Source: Alphaproteobacteria bacterium (GTDB lineage Bacteria; Pseudomonadota; Alphaproteobacteria; UBA1280; UBA6503). From it: DNA of 64,000 nucleotides. Positions within the stretch are counted from its first letter, which is position 1. Every line of letters starts with the position of its first letter. Made by a program: the position numbers and the translations under genes. The stretch covers positions 7,867-71,866 of the forward strand of contig JAJFIW010000003.1 in the NCBI GenBank assembly GCA_021774615.1. The letters run 5' to 3'. Shown one piece after another: positions 48,451 through 58,335 of this stretch. The notes beneath the pieces are model-generated. The model did not search any database. It saw only the letters and a program-made list of their open reading frames with translations, and was not told where the DNA came from.

Positions 48451-48638
48451 TTATCCACACCTATGGCAAGATAAATAAAAATTAATTTTTAAGTGCGTTA
48501 ACTGCTTGTGTTTACTAGTTAACTATTTGTATTTAAATAGTAAAAAAAGTATGGTCAATTTTTGGGCAATATGCAGAATAGGTGGCTAGGTGTCGTTTAT
48601 TTGCCATACAAAGTTACTTGTGCACAGAGTTATCCACA
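48451..48638 (+). promoter_or_regulatory. two perfect DnaA-box 9-mers (TTATCCACA) in the uvrB-uvrC intergenic region
   Basis: TTATCCACA at 48451-48459 and again at 48630-48638, same orientation, about 179 bp apart in a 277-bp AT-rich intergenic spacer. Confidence 0.35.
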
Positions 48639-48684
48639 TCTTTGGGGGATAAGTGTATAACAAGCTGTTTTTATAGGAAAATTT

Positions 48685-50538
48685 ATGAGTAAAGATGGAA
48701 TAGCTTTTATTAAAGATAAAGTGCAGCACCTGCCACAACGGCCGGGCGTATACCGTATGTATGGGGAAAATGGCGAACTTTTGTATGTGGGTAAAGCTGC
48801 AAACCTGAAGAATAGAGTTAGCCAATATACCCAAGCAAATGGTTTAAGCCGTCGTATTCGGCAAATGGTTTATTTAACTAGGCAGCTAGAAGTGTTCGAG
48901 ACTACGTCGGAAGCTGAAGCATTATTACTTGAAGCAAATCTAATTAAAGAGCTAAAACCTCGTTATAATATTAGGCTTAAAGACGACAGCAGCTACCCCA
49001 GTATTGTCATCACTGCCCCTGTTGACGGTGGAATTGCGCCACAACTAAGGCTACATCGTGGTAAAAAGCCAAAAAATGGTTGGTGCTTTGGGCCGTACCC
49101 ATCGGCGCAAAGTGTGCGGCAAATGCTAGACCTTTTAGAGCAGATATTTAACCTGCGGACTTGCAGTGACGGTTTTTATAAAGCACGTAAACGCCCTTGC
49201 CTTAAATACCATATCAAGCGTTGTTCTGCACCTTGTGTGGGGAAGGTTTCTTTAGTTGAATACCAGCACCAAGTAGAGGAAGCAGTGCTATTTTTACAAG
49301 GCAAAGCAAAGCACATCCAGCAGCAAATACAAAATAAGATGTTACTTGCCGCTGAAACAGAAGATTTTGAACTAGCAGCCCGTCAACGTGACCGCTTAGC
49401 ATTGTTGGCTAAAAATACATCTAGCCAAACTGTTATAACCGAAGGCCTTAAGGATGTGGATGTTATCGCACTACTACAAAAAGCAGATTGCACAGTTGTG
49501 CAGATATTTTCGTATCGGCATGGATACCATGTAGGTAATTTACGCCTGTTCCCCGAACAAATTGACGAGCTAGCAGCAGCTGATGCCATGCAGGCTTTTT
49601 TATCTATATATTATGCCGACAAACCCCTTCCGCATGATTTATTGTTAAATGTCATGCCGACTCAGAAAGATATTGTCATAGAGGTATTGCAGCAGCGTAG
49701 GGGTGGGGTAGTGTCACTGGCTGTTCCTAAACGTGGGCAAAAAGCAGAAATTATTAAACAAGCCGAAAGTAATGCATTAGCCGAGGTTGCCCGCCGCCAG
49801 TCTGAAACTAGGCAACAACAACAGGTGTTGGCCGAGTTTGCAACCTTACTAGAGCTTGATACAAAAATAGAACGGATAGAATGTTTTGATGTGTCAAACA
49901 CTCAAGGGCAACAGCCTGTAGCAAGTATGGTAGTTGCAGGGGGCGAGGGGATGGTTAAAAATCAATCTCGTAAATTTGCAGTTAAAAGTAAAAATACCCC
50001 CGACGATTATGCCATGATGCGCGAAATACTAACCCGCCGTTATGGACGACTGCTTAAAGAAAACCCTGACGGGGCAAATTGGCCCCAAGTAATAATGGTC
50101 GATGGCGGTAAAGGGCATCTGCGGGTACTAGTAGAAGTTTTTGCCACACTTAATATAGACCCATCTGCTTATGGTGTTGCTTTATGCGCAATAGCCAAAG
50201 GCAAAGAGCGAGACAAAGGTCTAGAGCGGATATTTATACCAAATAAGCCCCAGCCTTTGGCTGTAGAGTATAACTCGCCACTTATATTTATGCTGCAACG
50301 AATCAGAGACGAATCGCACCGAGTAGCAATTGGCTACCACCGGTTAAAACGTGCCAAAAACCTAGTTAAGTCAGAGCTGGATGAAATTGCAGGTATTGGC
50401 AGTAAGCGTAAAAAAGCATTGCTCCACCACTTTGGCTCGGTAGCACAAATTAAGAAAGCCTCTATCATTGATCTTGCGCAGGTTGAGGGTATATCAAGCA
50501 CATTAGCGCAACAAATTTATAATTTCTTTGCGGAATAA
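48685..50538 (+). CDS. uvrC: excinuclease ABC subunit C
   Basis: An N-terminal GIY-YIG domain (PGVYRMYGENGELLYVGKAANLKNRVSQY), a central Cys cluster, and C-terminal RNaseH-like and (HhH)2 domains (LDEIAGIGSKRKKALLHHFGS). Confidence 0.9.
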   Translation: MSKDGIAFIKDKVQHLPQRPGVYRMYGENGELLYVGKAANLKNRVSQYTQANGLSRRIRQMVYLTRQLEVFETTSEAEALLLEANLIKELKPRYNIRLKDDSSYPSIVITAPVDGGIAPQLRLHRGKKPKNGWCFGPYPSAQSVRQMLDLLEQIFNLRTCSDGFYKARKRPCLKYHIKRCSAPCVGKVSLVEYQHQVEEAVLFLQGKAKHIQQQIQNKMLLAAETEDFELAARQRDRLALLAKNTSSQTVITEGLKDVDVIALLQKADCTVVQIFSYRHGYHVGNLRLFPEQIDELAAADAMQAFLSIYYADKPLPHDLLLNVMPTQKDIVIEVLQQRRGGVVSLAVPKRGQKAEIIKQAESNALAEVARRQSETRQQQQVLAEFATLLELDTKIERIECFDVSNTQGQQPVASMVVAGGEGMVKNQSRKFAVKSKNTPDDYAMMREILTRRYGRLLKENPDGANWPQVIMVDGGKGHLRVLVEVFATLNIDPSAYGVALCAIAKGKERDKGLERIFIPNKPQPLAVEYNSPLIFMLQRIRDESHRVAIGYHRLKRAKNLVKSELDEIAGIGSKRKKALLHHFGSVAQIKKASIIDLAQVEGISSTLAQQIYNFFAE

Positions 50539-50540
50539 AT

Positions 50541-52445
50541 TTATTTACCCAAAAACCCGCCTAAAGCTTTCTGTAAGTCTTTAACAGGGTTGACCTCTTC
50601 TTGAGGGGGTGTGTCTTCTGTAGGTTCTGTATTGTTAGTATTGGTTATATTTTTAATAATACCGCCTAATACGCCCATAGCACTGCTGCCTGATTCCGCA
50701 GCTTTTTGTAATATTTTTTTTGCACCAGACTTAGCTGTTTGTTTGATAACTTCTTTAGCAATGGCATCTTTATTGGGTTTAATAGCAATGTCATTAAATG
50801 GCCCACGGATAAAAAATGGTAGTGTAATGTCTTGTATGGCTCCTTTAAGGGTGGGTTTCATGTTTAGGCTAATATTAGCTGACGATAAATTTATTGGGCC
50901 TTTACCACCACCTTGCAAAACTGGTCCTGCAAAAGAAATAGTAGTTGCAGCAACGCCCTTTTCAATTGTAGACATAACCGCAGCAGTTGTTACACGATCT
51001 TTAATAAAAGCCACCATTTCTGGCGATATCTTGCTAGCAACAATAGGGCCTAGTTCTCCAAATTGCTGTTGGGCAAACTCTTTAGGCTCGATATTAGCTA
51101 CACCAATTTCGGTGGTTTTTATTTCTAGTGAGCCTGCCATTGCATCCATAAGTGTTTTAATGCTACGGCCTTGTGTTTCTAAATTAATAGTACCATTAAT
51201 AATACTAGATATGCCGTATGGTTTGAGGCTTTCGGGCATGGCATAATTACCGTTAATGTTTTCTATGTCATAAGAAATAGTACCTGACAAAGGCCAATTG
51301 CGGCCATTAGCAACCATTTTACCAGTAATACTACCACCAAAAATATCAAACTCTTTAAGGGTTACTGTAAGTAGTTTATTTTGTAGTAATATATTAGTTT
51401 TTAACGGGCCAAGAGCTTTCCCTGATATATGGATGCTATCGACAATTATGTTAATGTTAGTGTCAGCTGCTGCTAGTACTCCAATATTTAATGGTTCTTC
51501 TGGCCATATTATTGGAGTTGGGGTTTTGGCTATTGCTTCTGCTGTTGGTGCAGTTTTTATATCTTCAAAGTCAATATGGTTTAGGTTCAGTTTAGCTTTT
51601 ATCTCAGGGCGAGTGCTGCCCATAATAACCTGCATAATACCTGTCCCAGCAATATTAATAGTGGGGCTAGCAAAGTTTATTTGGGTTAATTTAGCCTCTA
51701 ATACAGGGGCATTGAACGAGAATAAGCCCTCGCTAATAATATCGCCAAATGGGGTGCTAGCATCGACATGTAATAATGTAGCTTCACCTGTAATTAACTT
51801 GGCGACAGAGTCCAGCGTAAGGTTACCACTTACTGGTTGGCCATTTAACTTTGCTTGCCCTGACATGGTAAGTAGGTCTCTCATGGTGGGCATAGTTAGT
51901 TCTACATTAATACTGTTGATTTGTTGTTTATCACCGCTGGTACGGTCTTGGTAGCTTAACCGCCCATTCTTGATAGCAACCTTACCAATGCGTAGCTCGC
52001 TAAGTGGTAGCTCTGCTGCTGGTAATTCTTGCTCGGGGTTTATAGGGGTAGGGGCTGGTGCGCCTAATACCCAATTTGGTTCGCCTTTTGTTGGCTTAAT
52101 AAGGAAAAATTCTGGTTGATATAAAATAAATTGTGATATTTCCACACTCCCACCAAGAAGTGGCAATACTGCAATTGCTACGTCAACCTTACTAATATTA
52201 ACCATGTGTTTAGGGCTCATCTTTGGTGCATTTGCAACAGAGACTTGCTCTAGTGATATACCAAAATTAGGAAAAAGTTCTAGACCAATATCGCCATTAA
52301 TTTTAACTTCTCTGCCCAATGCGTCAGACAATGTTGGTAATATAGATGTTTTAACCCGCTCGGGTGTTAGCCACAAGCCTAGTGATGAAACTATAACAAC
52401 TACTAAAGCTATAAATACACCTAAGGAAATCAATACTTTTTTCAT
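50541..52445 (-). CDS. AsmA-family outer-membrane assembly protein
   Basis: N-terminal anchor MKKVLISLGVFIALVVVIVSSLG followed by a long beta-rich periplasmic region typical of the AsmA family. Confidence 0.7.
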   Translation of the reverse strand: MKKVLISLGVFIALVVVIVSSLGLWLTPERVKTSILPTLSDALGREVKINGDIGLELFPNFGISLEQVSVANAPKMSPKHMVNISKVDVAIAVLPLLGGSVEISQFILYQPEFFLIKPTKGEPNWVLGAPAPTPINPEQELPAAELPLSELRIGKVAIKNGRLSYQDRTSGDKQQINSINVELTMPTMRDLLTMSGQAKLNGQPVSGNLTLDSVAKLITGEATLLHVDASTPFGDIISEGLFSFNAPVLEAKLTQINFASPTINIAGTGIMQVIMGSTRPEIKAKLNLNHIDFEDIKTAPTAEAIAKTPTPIIWPEEPLNIGVLAAADTNINIIVDSIHISGKALGPLKTNILLQNKLLTVTLKEFDIFGGSITGKMVANGRNWPLSGTISYDIENINGNYAMPESLKPYGISSIINGTINLETQGRSIKTLMDAMAGSLEIKTTEIGVANIEPKEFAQQQFGELGPIVASKISPEMVAFIKDRVTTAAVMSTIEKGVAATTISFAGPVLQGGGKGPINLSSANISLNMKPTLKGAIQDITLPFFIRGPFNDIAIKPNKDAIAKEVIKQTAKSGAKKILQKAAESGSSAMGVLGGIIKNITNTNNTEPTEDTPPQEEVNPVKDLQKALGGFLGK

Positions 52446-52460
52446 AACTAATATACTTCT

Positions 52461-53156
52461 TTACATCATAATTGATCGTTGTTGCTTGCGGCGAATAAGC
52501 GATGGCTGGACTTGCTTTGCCTCGCCACTTTTTTTACTACGACGGTAAGAAAAGAAACGTTTATCGGAGAATGTGTCAATCCCGCAGTCAAATATATTAA
52601 GGTCAAGGACGCCTACATCTTTAGCCTGCTGGCGGGCGATAGCGGGTAAGTCCATTAATAGGTGCCCTTTTTTTGTAGAAGGTTTAAAAAACTTATCATC
52701 AAATATTGTGGCAAAGCTTTCTTCTACTTCGTAGTTATATTGGCGAATGCACGGCCCTACAGATAGGAAAACTTTGGTAGGGTCTTGGGCAAACTCTTCC
52801 ATAATCATTAATAAAGTTTTTGGTAGTAACTCTTTTTGTAAACCTCTCCATCCTGCGTGGACAACTGCAATAGCTTCAGGGGATGAAATTAGTATCGGTA
52901 AACAATCGGCAGTATTAACTGCAAGCCATATGTCGGGGCGATCAGTAAATAGGGCATCTGTCTCTTCATAGATGCCAGGCTTTGCTGCATACTGTAGTTT
53001 TGAACCATGCACTTGGCGCATGTAGGCAATTGGGCCTAGTTTGTCTACCAGCATCGGGATGTTATCTTCAATACTAGGTTTTGCGCCTTCTGTAGTACCA
53101 AATTGGTACTCAGCATGAGGTGCTGATGGTTTTGTTAGGTCATCAATAGTTAGCAT
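52461..53156 (-). CDS. pgeF: peptidoglycan editing factor PgeF / YfiH (DUF152, laccase-domain) family
   Basis: AVVHAGWRG, with conserved His/Cys regions at typical YfiH spacing. Confidence 0.75.
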   Translation of the reverse strand: MLTIDDLTKPSAPHAEYQFGTTEGAKPSIEDNIPMLVDKLGPIAYMRQVHGSKLQYAAKPGIYEETDALFTDRPDIWLAVNTADCLPILISSPEAIAVVHAGWRGLQKELLPKTLLMIMEEFAQDPTKVFLSVGPCIRQYNYEVEESFATIFDDKFFKPSTKKGHLLMDLPAIARQQAKDVGVLDLNIFDCGIDTFSDKRFFSYRRSKKSGEAKQVQPSLIRRKQQRSIMM

Positions 53157-53314
53157 AATGTAGTAAGTCCTAATTTTATTTCAATATTTTTCAGTCCCAA
53201 AAAGCATGATATTTCCCATTGCTCATCAGTCATAGAGTGTATGCTATATTCTTTCTTCCTAATAAAAAACTTCATAATTTTGGGATAGTTTCCTACAAAA
53301 TCACCTAAATAAAA

Positions 53315-54376
53315 TTAGGATTTACTACAGTGATTAAATCCCGATAGCTGTTGTTGTTTATTACTCCGCCAACCAATAACCTTAAAGTGGTGCCCCATCA
53401 TGTTGGGGTCAAGTAGGCGGCGTGTAGTTTGCTCTATATGCTCTTTTTGTTCGCTTGTTGCTGCTGCTCTATGAGCTTGCTCTGCTCGTATTGGTAGGCC
53501 AAGTTCGGTCAAAAACAATGACATATCAGCTACTGGTGTTGCATGTTGCCCTAGTATATCACAAACTTCGGTAAAATTAATATGCCATGTAAGGTCTGCA
53601 TGTGCTGGAGTTGCAAATATATCTTCGTAAATGTGGTTACGCATTGCTTGTAGGGTTTCGCCTGTACCTTGTGGGGTTTGCGAGGTGCCATAGTCTAGCA
53701 GTAATAAAGCACCTTGTTTTATGTTGCTAGTAATTGTTTTTAAGAAATTAACCATTACTGGGCTATGCTCTACAATATCTGTACTAGTTTTATTTATAGG
53801 TGTTGGTTTGTCGGCATTTATAAAGAACAAGGAGTTACCATCGGTTGTTATAAGCCTCTCATAGTGGTTACCTTCTATTTTTTCGTATTGATGAACAGGC
53901 AATGCATCTAATATTTCGTTACCAATAACAATAGTGGGGAGGGTAAAGTCAGCATTCTCGATACTTTTATGCCATTGTAAAGGGCAGGGGGTGTTTACTA
54001 AGGTTTGCTGCTGTATTTTGGTTAATAAGGGGCTTATTTCAACAATTTGCCCCCGACATGCCTCTAGACAAGTAGGTAAAGCTTTATTTATCGCGCGGAG
54101 CATATCTAAAAACAAAGTTCCTTTTCCTGCGCCTATCTCTAGTAAGGTAAATTCTTTTGGTGAGCCCATTTTCTGCCAAGTATCTGCTACCCATAAACCT
54201 AGCATTTCACCAAATAGTGGGGTTAGCTCGGGGGCGGTAATAAAGTCGCCATCTTTACCAAAGGGTTGTTTGGTCATATAGTAGCCTTGCTTTGGGTCGT
54301 AAAGGCACATAGACATATATTCGGCAACGGTAATAGCACCATGGCTACTGATATGTTTAATAATTTTATTGCGCAT
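53315..54376 (-). CDS. MidA/NDUFAF7-like class I SAM-dependent methyltransferase
   Basis: HGAITVAEYMSMCLYDPKQGYYMTKQPFGKDGDFITAPELTPLFGEMLGLW is the COG1565/MidA signature. Overlaps lgt by 11 nt, as in the conserved alphaproteobacterial lgt-MidA-pgeF arrangement. Confidence 0.7.
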   Translation of the reverse strand: MRNKIIKHISSHGAITVAEYMSMCLYDPKQGYYMTKQPFGKDGDFITAPELTPLFGEMLGLWVADTWQKMGSPKEFTLLEIGAGKGTLFLDMLRAINKALPTCLEACRGQIVEISPLLTKIQQQTLVNTPCPLQWHKSIENADFTLPTIVIGNEILDALPVHQYEKIEGNHYERLITTDGNSLFFINADKPTPINKTSTDIVEHSPVMVNFLKTITSNIKQGALLLLDYGTSQTPQGTGETLQAMRNHIYEDIFATPAHADLTWHINFTEVCDILGQHATPVADMSLFLTELGLPIRAEQAHRAAATSEQKEHIEQTTRRLLDPNMMGHHFKVIGWRSNKQQQLSGFNHCSKS

Positions 54377-55169
54377 ATTGGGTAGGGTTCTTTCGTGACC
54401 AATTCCATATCAGCATTCCTACAATTACCATTGGTAGGCTTAGTAACTGCCCCATAGTGATAGATGTAAATATCCCCTCATGAAGATGGGTAATGTTGTC
54501 GGGTTGGCGAACAAACTCGATACCAAACCTAGATAAACCATAGCCAATTAAAAATAAGCCCGATACTTCGCCTTTTTTAAGGCGTTTACTTATTACAAGG
54601 TGGAGGATAACAAATAGTAATACACCTTCTAAAAAAGCTTCATAAAGCTGTGAAGGGTGGCGAGGTAAATACCCACCTGCAGGAAATGCCACTGCCCACG
54701 GAACATCTGTTACACGGCCATAAAGCTCGCCATTAATAAAGTTTGCAATTCTGCCTAAAAACAACCCAATACAAACCCCAGGTGCAAGCCGGTCTGAAAT
54801 AGTAAATAAGCTAACATTATGGCTTCTTGCAAAAACTGCCATCGCCAGAATAACCCCTAACATACCACCATGGTACGACATACCACCTTGCCATGTTTTG
54901 AATATTTCAACAGGGTTAGCAAAATAAAAAGAAGGATTGTAAAACAGTGTGTACCCAAGCCTACCACCAATAATTACACCTAAAACTAACCAAATAAATA
55001 AGTTGTCTAGGTGGTCTTTAGTAAGTGGTGAGGGGTAGCGTTTATTTTGCCAAGCTAAGTACTGCATAGCACTAAAAAATGCTGCAATGTAGGCAATCCC
55101 ATACCAATGCACATCAACCTGAGCAATTGAAAAAGCCACGGGGTCTATATTAGGGAATGCTAACGTCAT
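54366..55169 (-). CDS. lgt: prolipoprotein diacylglyceryl transferase
   Basis: Lgt signature region GGRLGYTLFYNP...WQGGMSYHGGMLG...GRIANFINGELYG. Confidence 0.85.
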   Translation of the reverse strand: MTLAFPNIDPVAFSIAQVDVHWYGIAYIAAFFSAMQYLAWQNKRYPSPLTKDHLDNLFIWLVLGVIIGGRLGYTLFYNPSFYFANPVEIFKTWQGGMSYHGGMLGVILAMAVFARSHNVSLFTISDRLAPGVCIGLFLGRIANFINGELYGRVTDVPWAVAFPAGGYLPRHPSQLYEAFLEGVLLFVILHLVISKRLKKGEVSGLFLIGYGLSRFGIEFVRQPDNITHLHEGIFTSITMGQLLSLPMVIVGMLIWNWSRKNPTQYAQ

Positions 55170-55361
55170 AAGTTAAAAACCTTATGCAAGCTGGGGCTAA
55201 TTTCTGTTACTGCTTGTAATCGCATTTAGTATATTGTCCATATATAGTATATTTATACAAGCAACTACTATACTCTAATTTGTTAATAGTTTCATTAGTT
55301 ATTGCCTTTTTTATTTCATAGGCTTAACTTAACTTAAGCAGAAAATACTGGGGAATACAAC

Positions 55362-56177
55362 ATGATACATAGCGCACGAATTGCCATCATCGGTTTTGGT
55401 AATATGGGAAAAGCCTTGGCTGAGGGGTTTATTAATAATGGTATCAACAAAAGCCGCATTCATGCTGTAGACCCTAGCGAGAAAGCTGAAAAATTAGCTA
55501 AAGAACTAGGTATTGATTTTTCTTATGGAATAAAAGGTCTGGCCCGCCCTCCGAGTGTATTCATCCTTGCAGTTAAACCACAAATAATGGCAGAAACTCT
55601 ATTGGAACTTAAAGACAGAGTGTCTGAAACAACTTGTTTCTTGTCAATAGCAGCGGGGGTTAGTATCAAAACCTTGCAGAATAATCTGGGTGATGATGCA
55701 AGAATTATACGTGCTATGCCAAATACACCAGTTTCAGTAGGGCTTGGTGCAACAGGTTTGTGTCATTCTGGTAATTTAGCCTTTGAGCAAATGGCATTGG
55801 CTGAAATGCTAATGCAATGTGTAGGCAGATGTGACTGGGTTGATGATGAGTCTCTAATAGATGTAGTTACTGCTATTTCTGGTTCTGGGACAGCGTATTT
55901 CTTTTTATTAATGGAAGAAATGATAGCAGCAGCTATTACTAAAGGGATGGATGAAGAACTAGCTCGTAAACTAGTTGTAGAGACTTGCCGTGGTGCAGGA
56001 GAGTTAGCCAAGGTTAAAAGCAGTGAAATGACGGTTTCAGAACTACGTGAGTCGGTTACAAGTAAAGGTGGAACCACTGAAGCTGCATTAAAAGTATTCG
56101 AAGACAGTAAATTTAAGGTTGTAGTTAATAAAGCAATAACTGCAGCAGTTGATCGGTGTAAGCAATTGAATTCATAG
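55362..56177 (+). CDS. proC: pyrroline-5-carboxylate reductase
   Basis: RIAIIGFGNMGKALAEGF NADP-binding N-terminus and a P5CR C-terminal dimerisation domain. Confidence 0.85.
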   Translation: MIHSARIAIIGFGNMGKALAEGFINNGINKSRIHAVDPSEKAEKLAKELGIDFSYGIKGLARPPSVFILAVKPQIMAETLLELKDRVSETTCFLSIAAGVSIKTLQNNLGDDARIIRAMPNTPVSVGLGATGLCHSGNLAFEQMALAEMLMQCVGRCDWVDDESLIDVVTAISGSGTAYFFLLMEEMIAAAITKGMDEELARKLVVETCRGAGELAKVKSSEMTVSELRESVTSKGGTTEAALKVFEDSKFKVVVNKAITAAVDRCKQLNS

Positions 56178-56387
56178 AATAAACCCCCACCTGTATACCT
56201 ATTAAGGTGTAATAGAAATACTAATTATTATCTTTTATTGCACCTATTTTGCTTGTTTTACACAACTAGTAATTGTATGGTTGAATGCAATACAACGTAA
56301 ATTAGTATTATAATCTGCTGTTTGATAAACACACATTTATTGCTAATACCTTATTATAAAATATAAAATAGATTTAAGGATGTATAA

Positions 56388-57089
56388 TTGATGCGCGAAA
56401 CTGTAAACCTCCCAGAAGTAGAAAAACACCAAAAAGTAAGAAGATCAGCTGTAATTGCTGAGCATTTAAGAGGAATGATTAGCTCAGGGCAATTAAAACC
56501 AGGTGATAGATTACCAACAGAAGAAAAATTATGTACCCATTTGGGTGTTTCCAGAACAACATTGCGTGAGTCCATCCAGATGCTGCGTGTTTCTGGTATA
56601 CTGGAGGTTACCCCTGGTCGTGGTAGCTTTATCCGTTCTCCAAATTTAGATGATATGATGCGTGATTTGTCTCTTGCTGGCCAACATGCTGATATTGACA
56701 GCTTAGAAATAGATTATTTAGTGTCAGTACTATGCCAAGAGGTTGTGATGCTAGCTTGCAGAGCAAGCCAAGGTAGTAAAAGATCATTGCACAGCTCTGT
56801 TATCGAGCGTGACACTGACGCTGAAACCAACGAAAAGCTAGAGTCTCGCTGGCATAGAGATATTGCTATTCTTGCTGGTAAAGAAATGACAGCACGCCTT
56901 ATTGAAGCATTCTTAGGCATGAAAATAAACGAACGCCTAGAAATGTTCTCTGATAGAGATGCTATTATGCGCTTAATGCAGCTACAAATTCGGATTAATG
57001 CTGCGATTGAAAGCTGTGATGAAGAAGGTGCTGCTAGACTAATGAAGAGCTACACTCGTTCAGGTATATACGGGAATGTTAATAACTAA
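56388..57089 (+). CDS. GntR-family transcriptional regulator, FadR/FCD subfamily
   Basis: N-terminal winged HTH (PGDRLPTEEKLCTHLGVSRTTLRESIQMLRVSGILEV) and a C-terminal all-helical FCD-like domain. Confidence 0.75.
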   Translation: MMRETVNLPEVEKHQKVRRSAVIAEHLRGMISSGQLKPGDRLPTEEKLCTHLGVSRTTLRESIQMLRVSGILEVTPGRGSFIRSPNLDDMMRDLSLAGQHADIDSLEIDYLVSVLCQEVVMLACRASQGSKRSLHSSVIERDTDAETNEKLESRWHRDIAILAGKEMTARLIEAFLGMKINERLEMFSDRDAIMRLMQLQIRINAAIESCDEEGAARLMKSYTRSGIYGNVNN

Positions 57090-57091
57090 TG

Positions 57092-57676
57092 CTACTTTTG
57101 CCTTTGGGCATAAGTAAGTAGAATTTTATATGCGTCATTAATGCGCTGGATGCGCTCAACAGCATCTGGCGCATTTTGATGTAAATCTGGGTGATATTTT
57201 TTAGCTAATTGGCGATAAGCAGTTTTAACCTTATTAAGGTCTCGAGGTGTAGAAATACCTAAAGTTTGGCATGCTTTACGGATCTGCCCGGGCACCATAT
57301 CTTGTTTTGGCTCGGGCTTATGAGTATCTTGTTGGCGCATATGTTCACCAAAAACACGGTAGGGGTCTGTTATTTTCTCGTCTATAGTTGCGCTTTTGTA
57401 AGAGTGGCTCCCGACGCCCATTTTCCAAGTTGGTCTATTCCAGTAACCACCTTGTTGCATGGTGAATATCTCATCGCTAGATAGGCCTTCAAGCCCATTC
57501 CAATGTTTATTATATTCTTTTACGTGCTCTAGGCAGAAATAAATACGTTGCCCTAGTTTTTGGGCATCACGTGGCGCTGGAAATTCGCCTTCTTTTCCAC
57601 AATCTGGATAAGCACAAATGCGTTTGAAAGTCATGCAGCTACCTCTTTTTAAAAACAACGAAGTATAAGAGAGCAA
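57092..57676 (-). CDS. J-domain protein with N-terminal Cys/His zinc-ribbon-like segment
   Basis: C-terminal J domain with HPD (AYRQLAKKYHPDLHQ); N-terminal C-x2-C ... C-x2-H (CAYPDCGKEG...FCLEH). Confidence 0.65.
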   Translation of the reverse strand: MLSYTSLFLKRGSCMTFKRICAYPDCGKEGEFPAPRDAQKLGQRIYFCLEHVKEYNKHWNGLEGLSSDEIFTMQQGGYWNRPTWKMGVGSHSYKSATIDEKITDPYRVFGEHMRQQDTHKPEPKQDMVPGQIRKACQTLGISTPRDLNKVKTAYRQLAKKYHPDLHQNAPDAVERIQRINDAYKILLTYAQRQK

Positions 57677-57694
57677 ATGGTTTAAAGCAAGTAC

Positions 57695-58309
57695 TTATCC
57701 TAAAATAAAGAATATCATATCCATGAGTGGTTGTTGTAGAGTAACCATAACCCATAAGCCAATGCTTAGCCCAAAGCCAAAGGGAATAGCCTGCCCACGT
57801 GGTATTACTAGCGATAATACTAGGTTGCTCATAAAAGCAATTGCAAGTGCAAAGGGTAGTGCTGGTAAGCCCACCCATGCGCCTAGTACGGCAAGCATTT
57901 TTACATCGCCAAAGCCTAAGTCACCTTCACCTTTGTGCAAAGCTTTAAGGATAAGGTCTATCACAACTCCAATGCTAGCAGCTACCAATATACCAAGTAT
58001 ACTTTCGATGATTGTAACTTCTAGAATTAAAGGCGCATAAATCAGACCTAAAATTAAGAGAGGGATAGTATAGATATTTAGAAGTAAAAAATGGCATAAA
58101 TCAACAGCAGTCATCCGCCCTAGTAGTACTGCAATTGGTATAAGTAATATAGACTGTAGTGCTGTTAATCCACCATAAATAAACCCTGCCAATAAAAGGC
58201 TACAAAGCCCAACACTTAATAATGCCCAAGCTCGATTTATAAAGCGTACAGGTAGTATGCCGTCGTCAATTTCCTCAGGCAGCACATACCTTTTTTCTAG
58301 TTCCCACAT
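57695..58309 (-). CDS. A24-family prepilin peptidase, short form with no N-terminal Zn/methyltransferase domain
   Basis: Multi-pass membrane protein with the two catalytic Asp motifs (RMTAVDLCHF and GEGDLGFGDVKMLAVLGAWVG). About 200 aa, so comparable to the TadV/CpaA-type. Confidence 0.75.
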   Translation of the reverse strand: MWELEKRYVLPEEIDDGILPVRFINRAWALLSVGLCSLLLAGFIYGGLTALQSILLIPIAVLLGRMTAVDLCHFLLLNIYTIPLLILGLIYAPLILEVTIIESILGILVAASIGVVIDLILKALHKGEGDLGFGDVKMLAVLGAWVGLPALPFALAIAFMSNLVLSLVIPRGQAIPFGFGLSIGLWVMVTLQQPLMDMIFFILG

Positions 58310-58335
58310 GGCTTATGTTATTTGTCCTATTATGG

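Noticed and set aside
48408-48684. Chromosomal replication origin (oriC) at the uvrB–uvrC spacer
   Set aside because: Only two DnaA boxes are present, there is no obvious array of 13-mer DUE repeats, and neither dnaA, dnaN nor hemE is adjacent.
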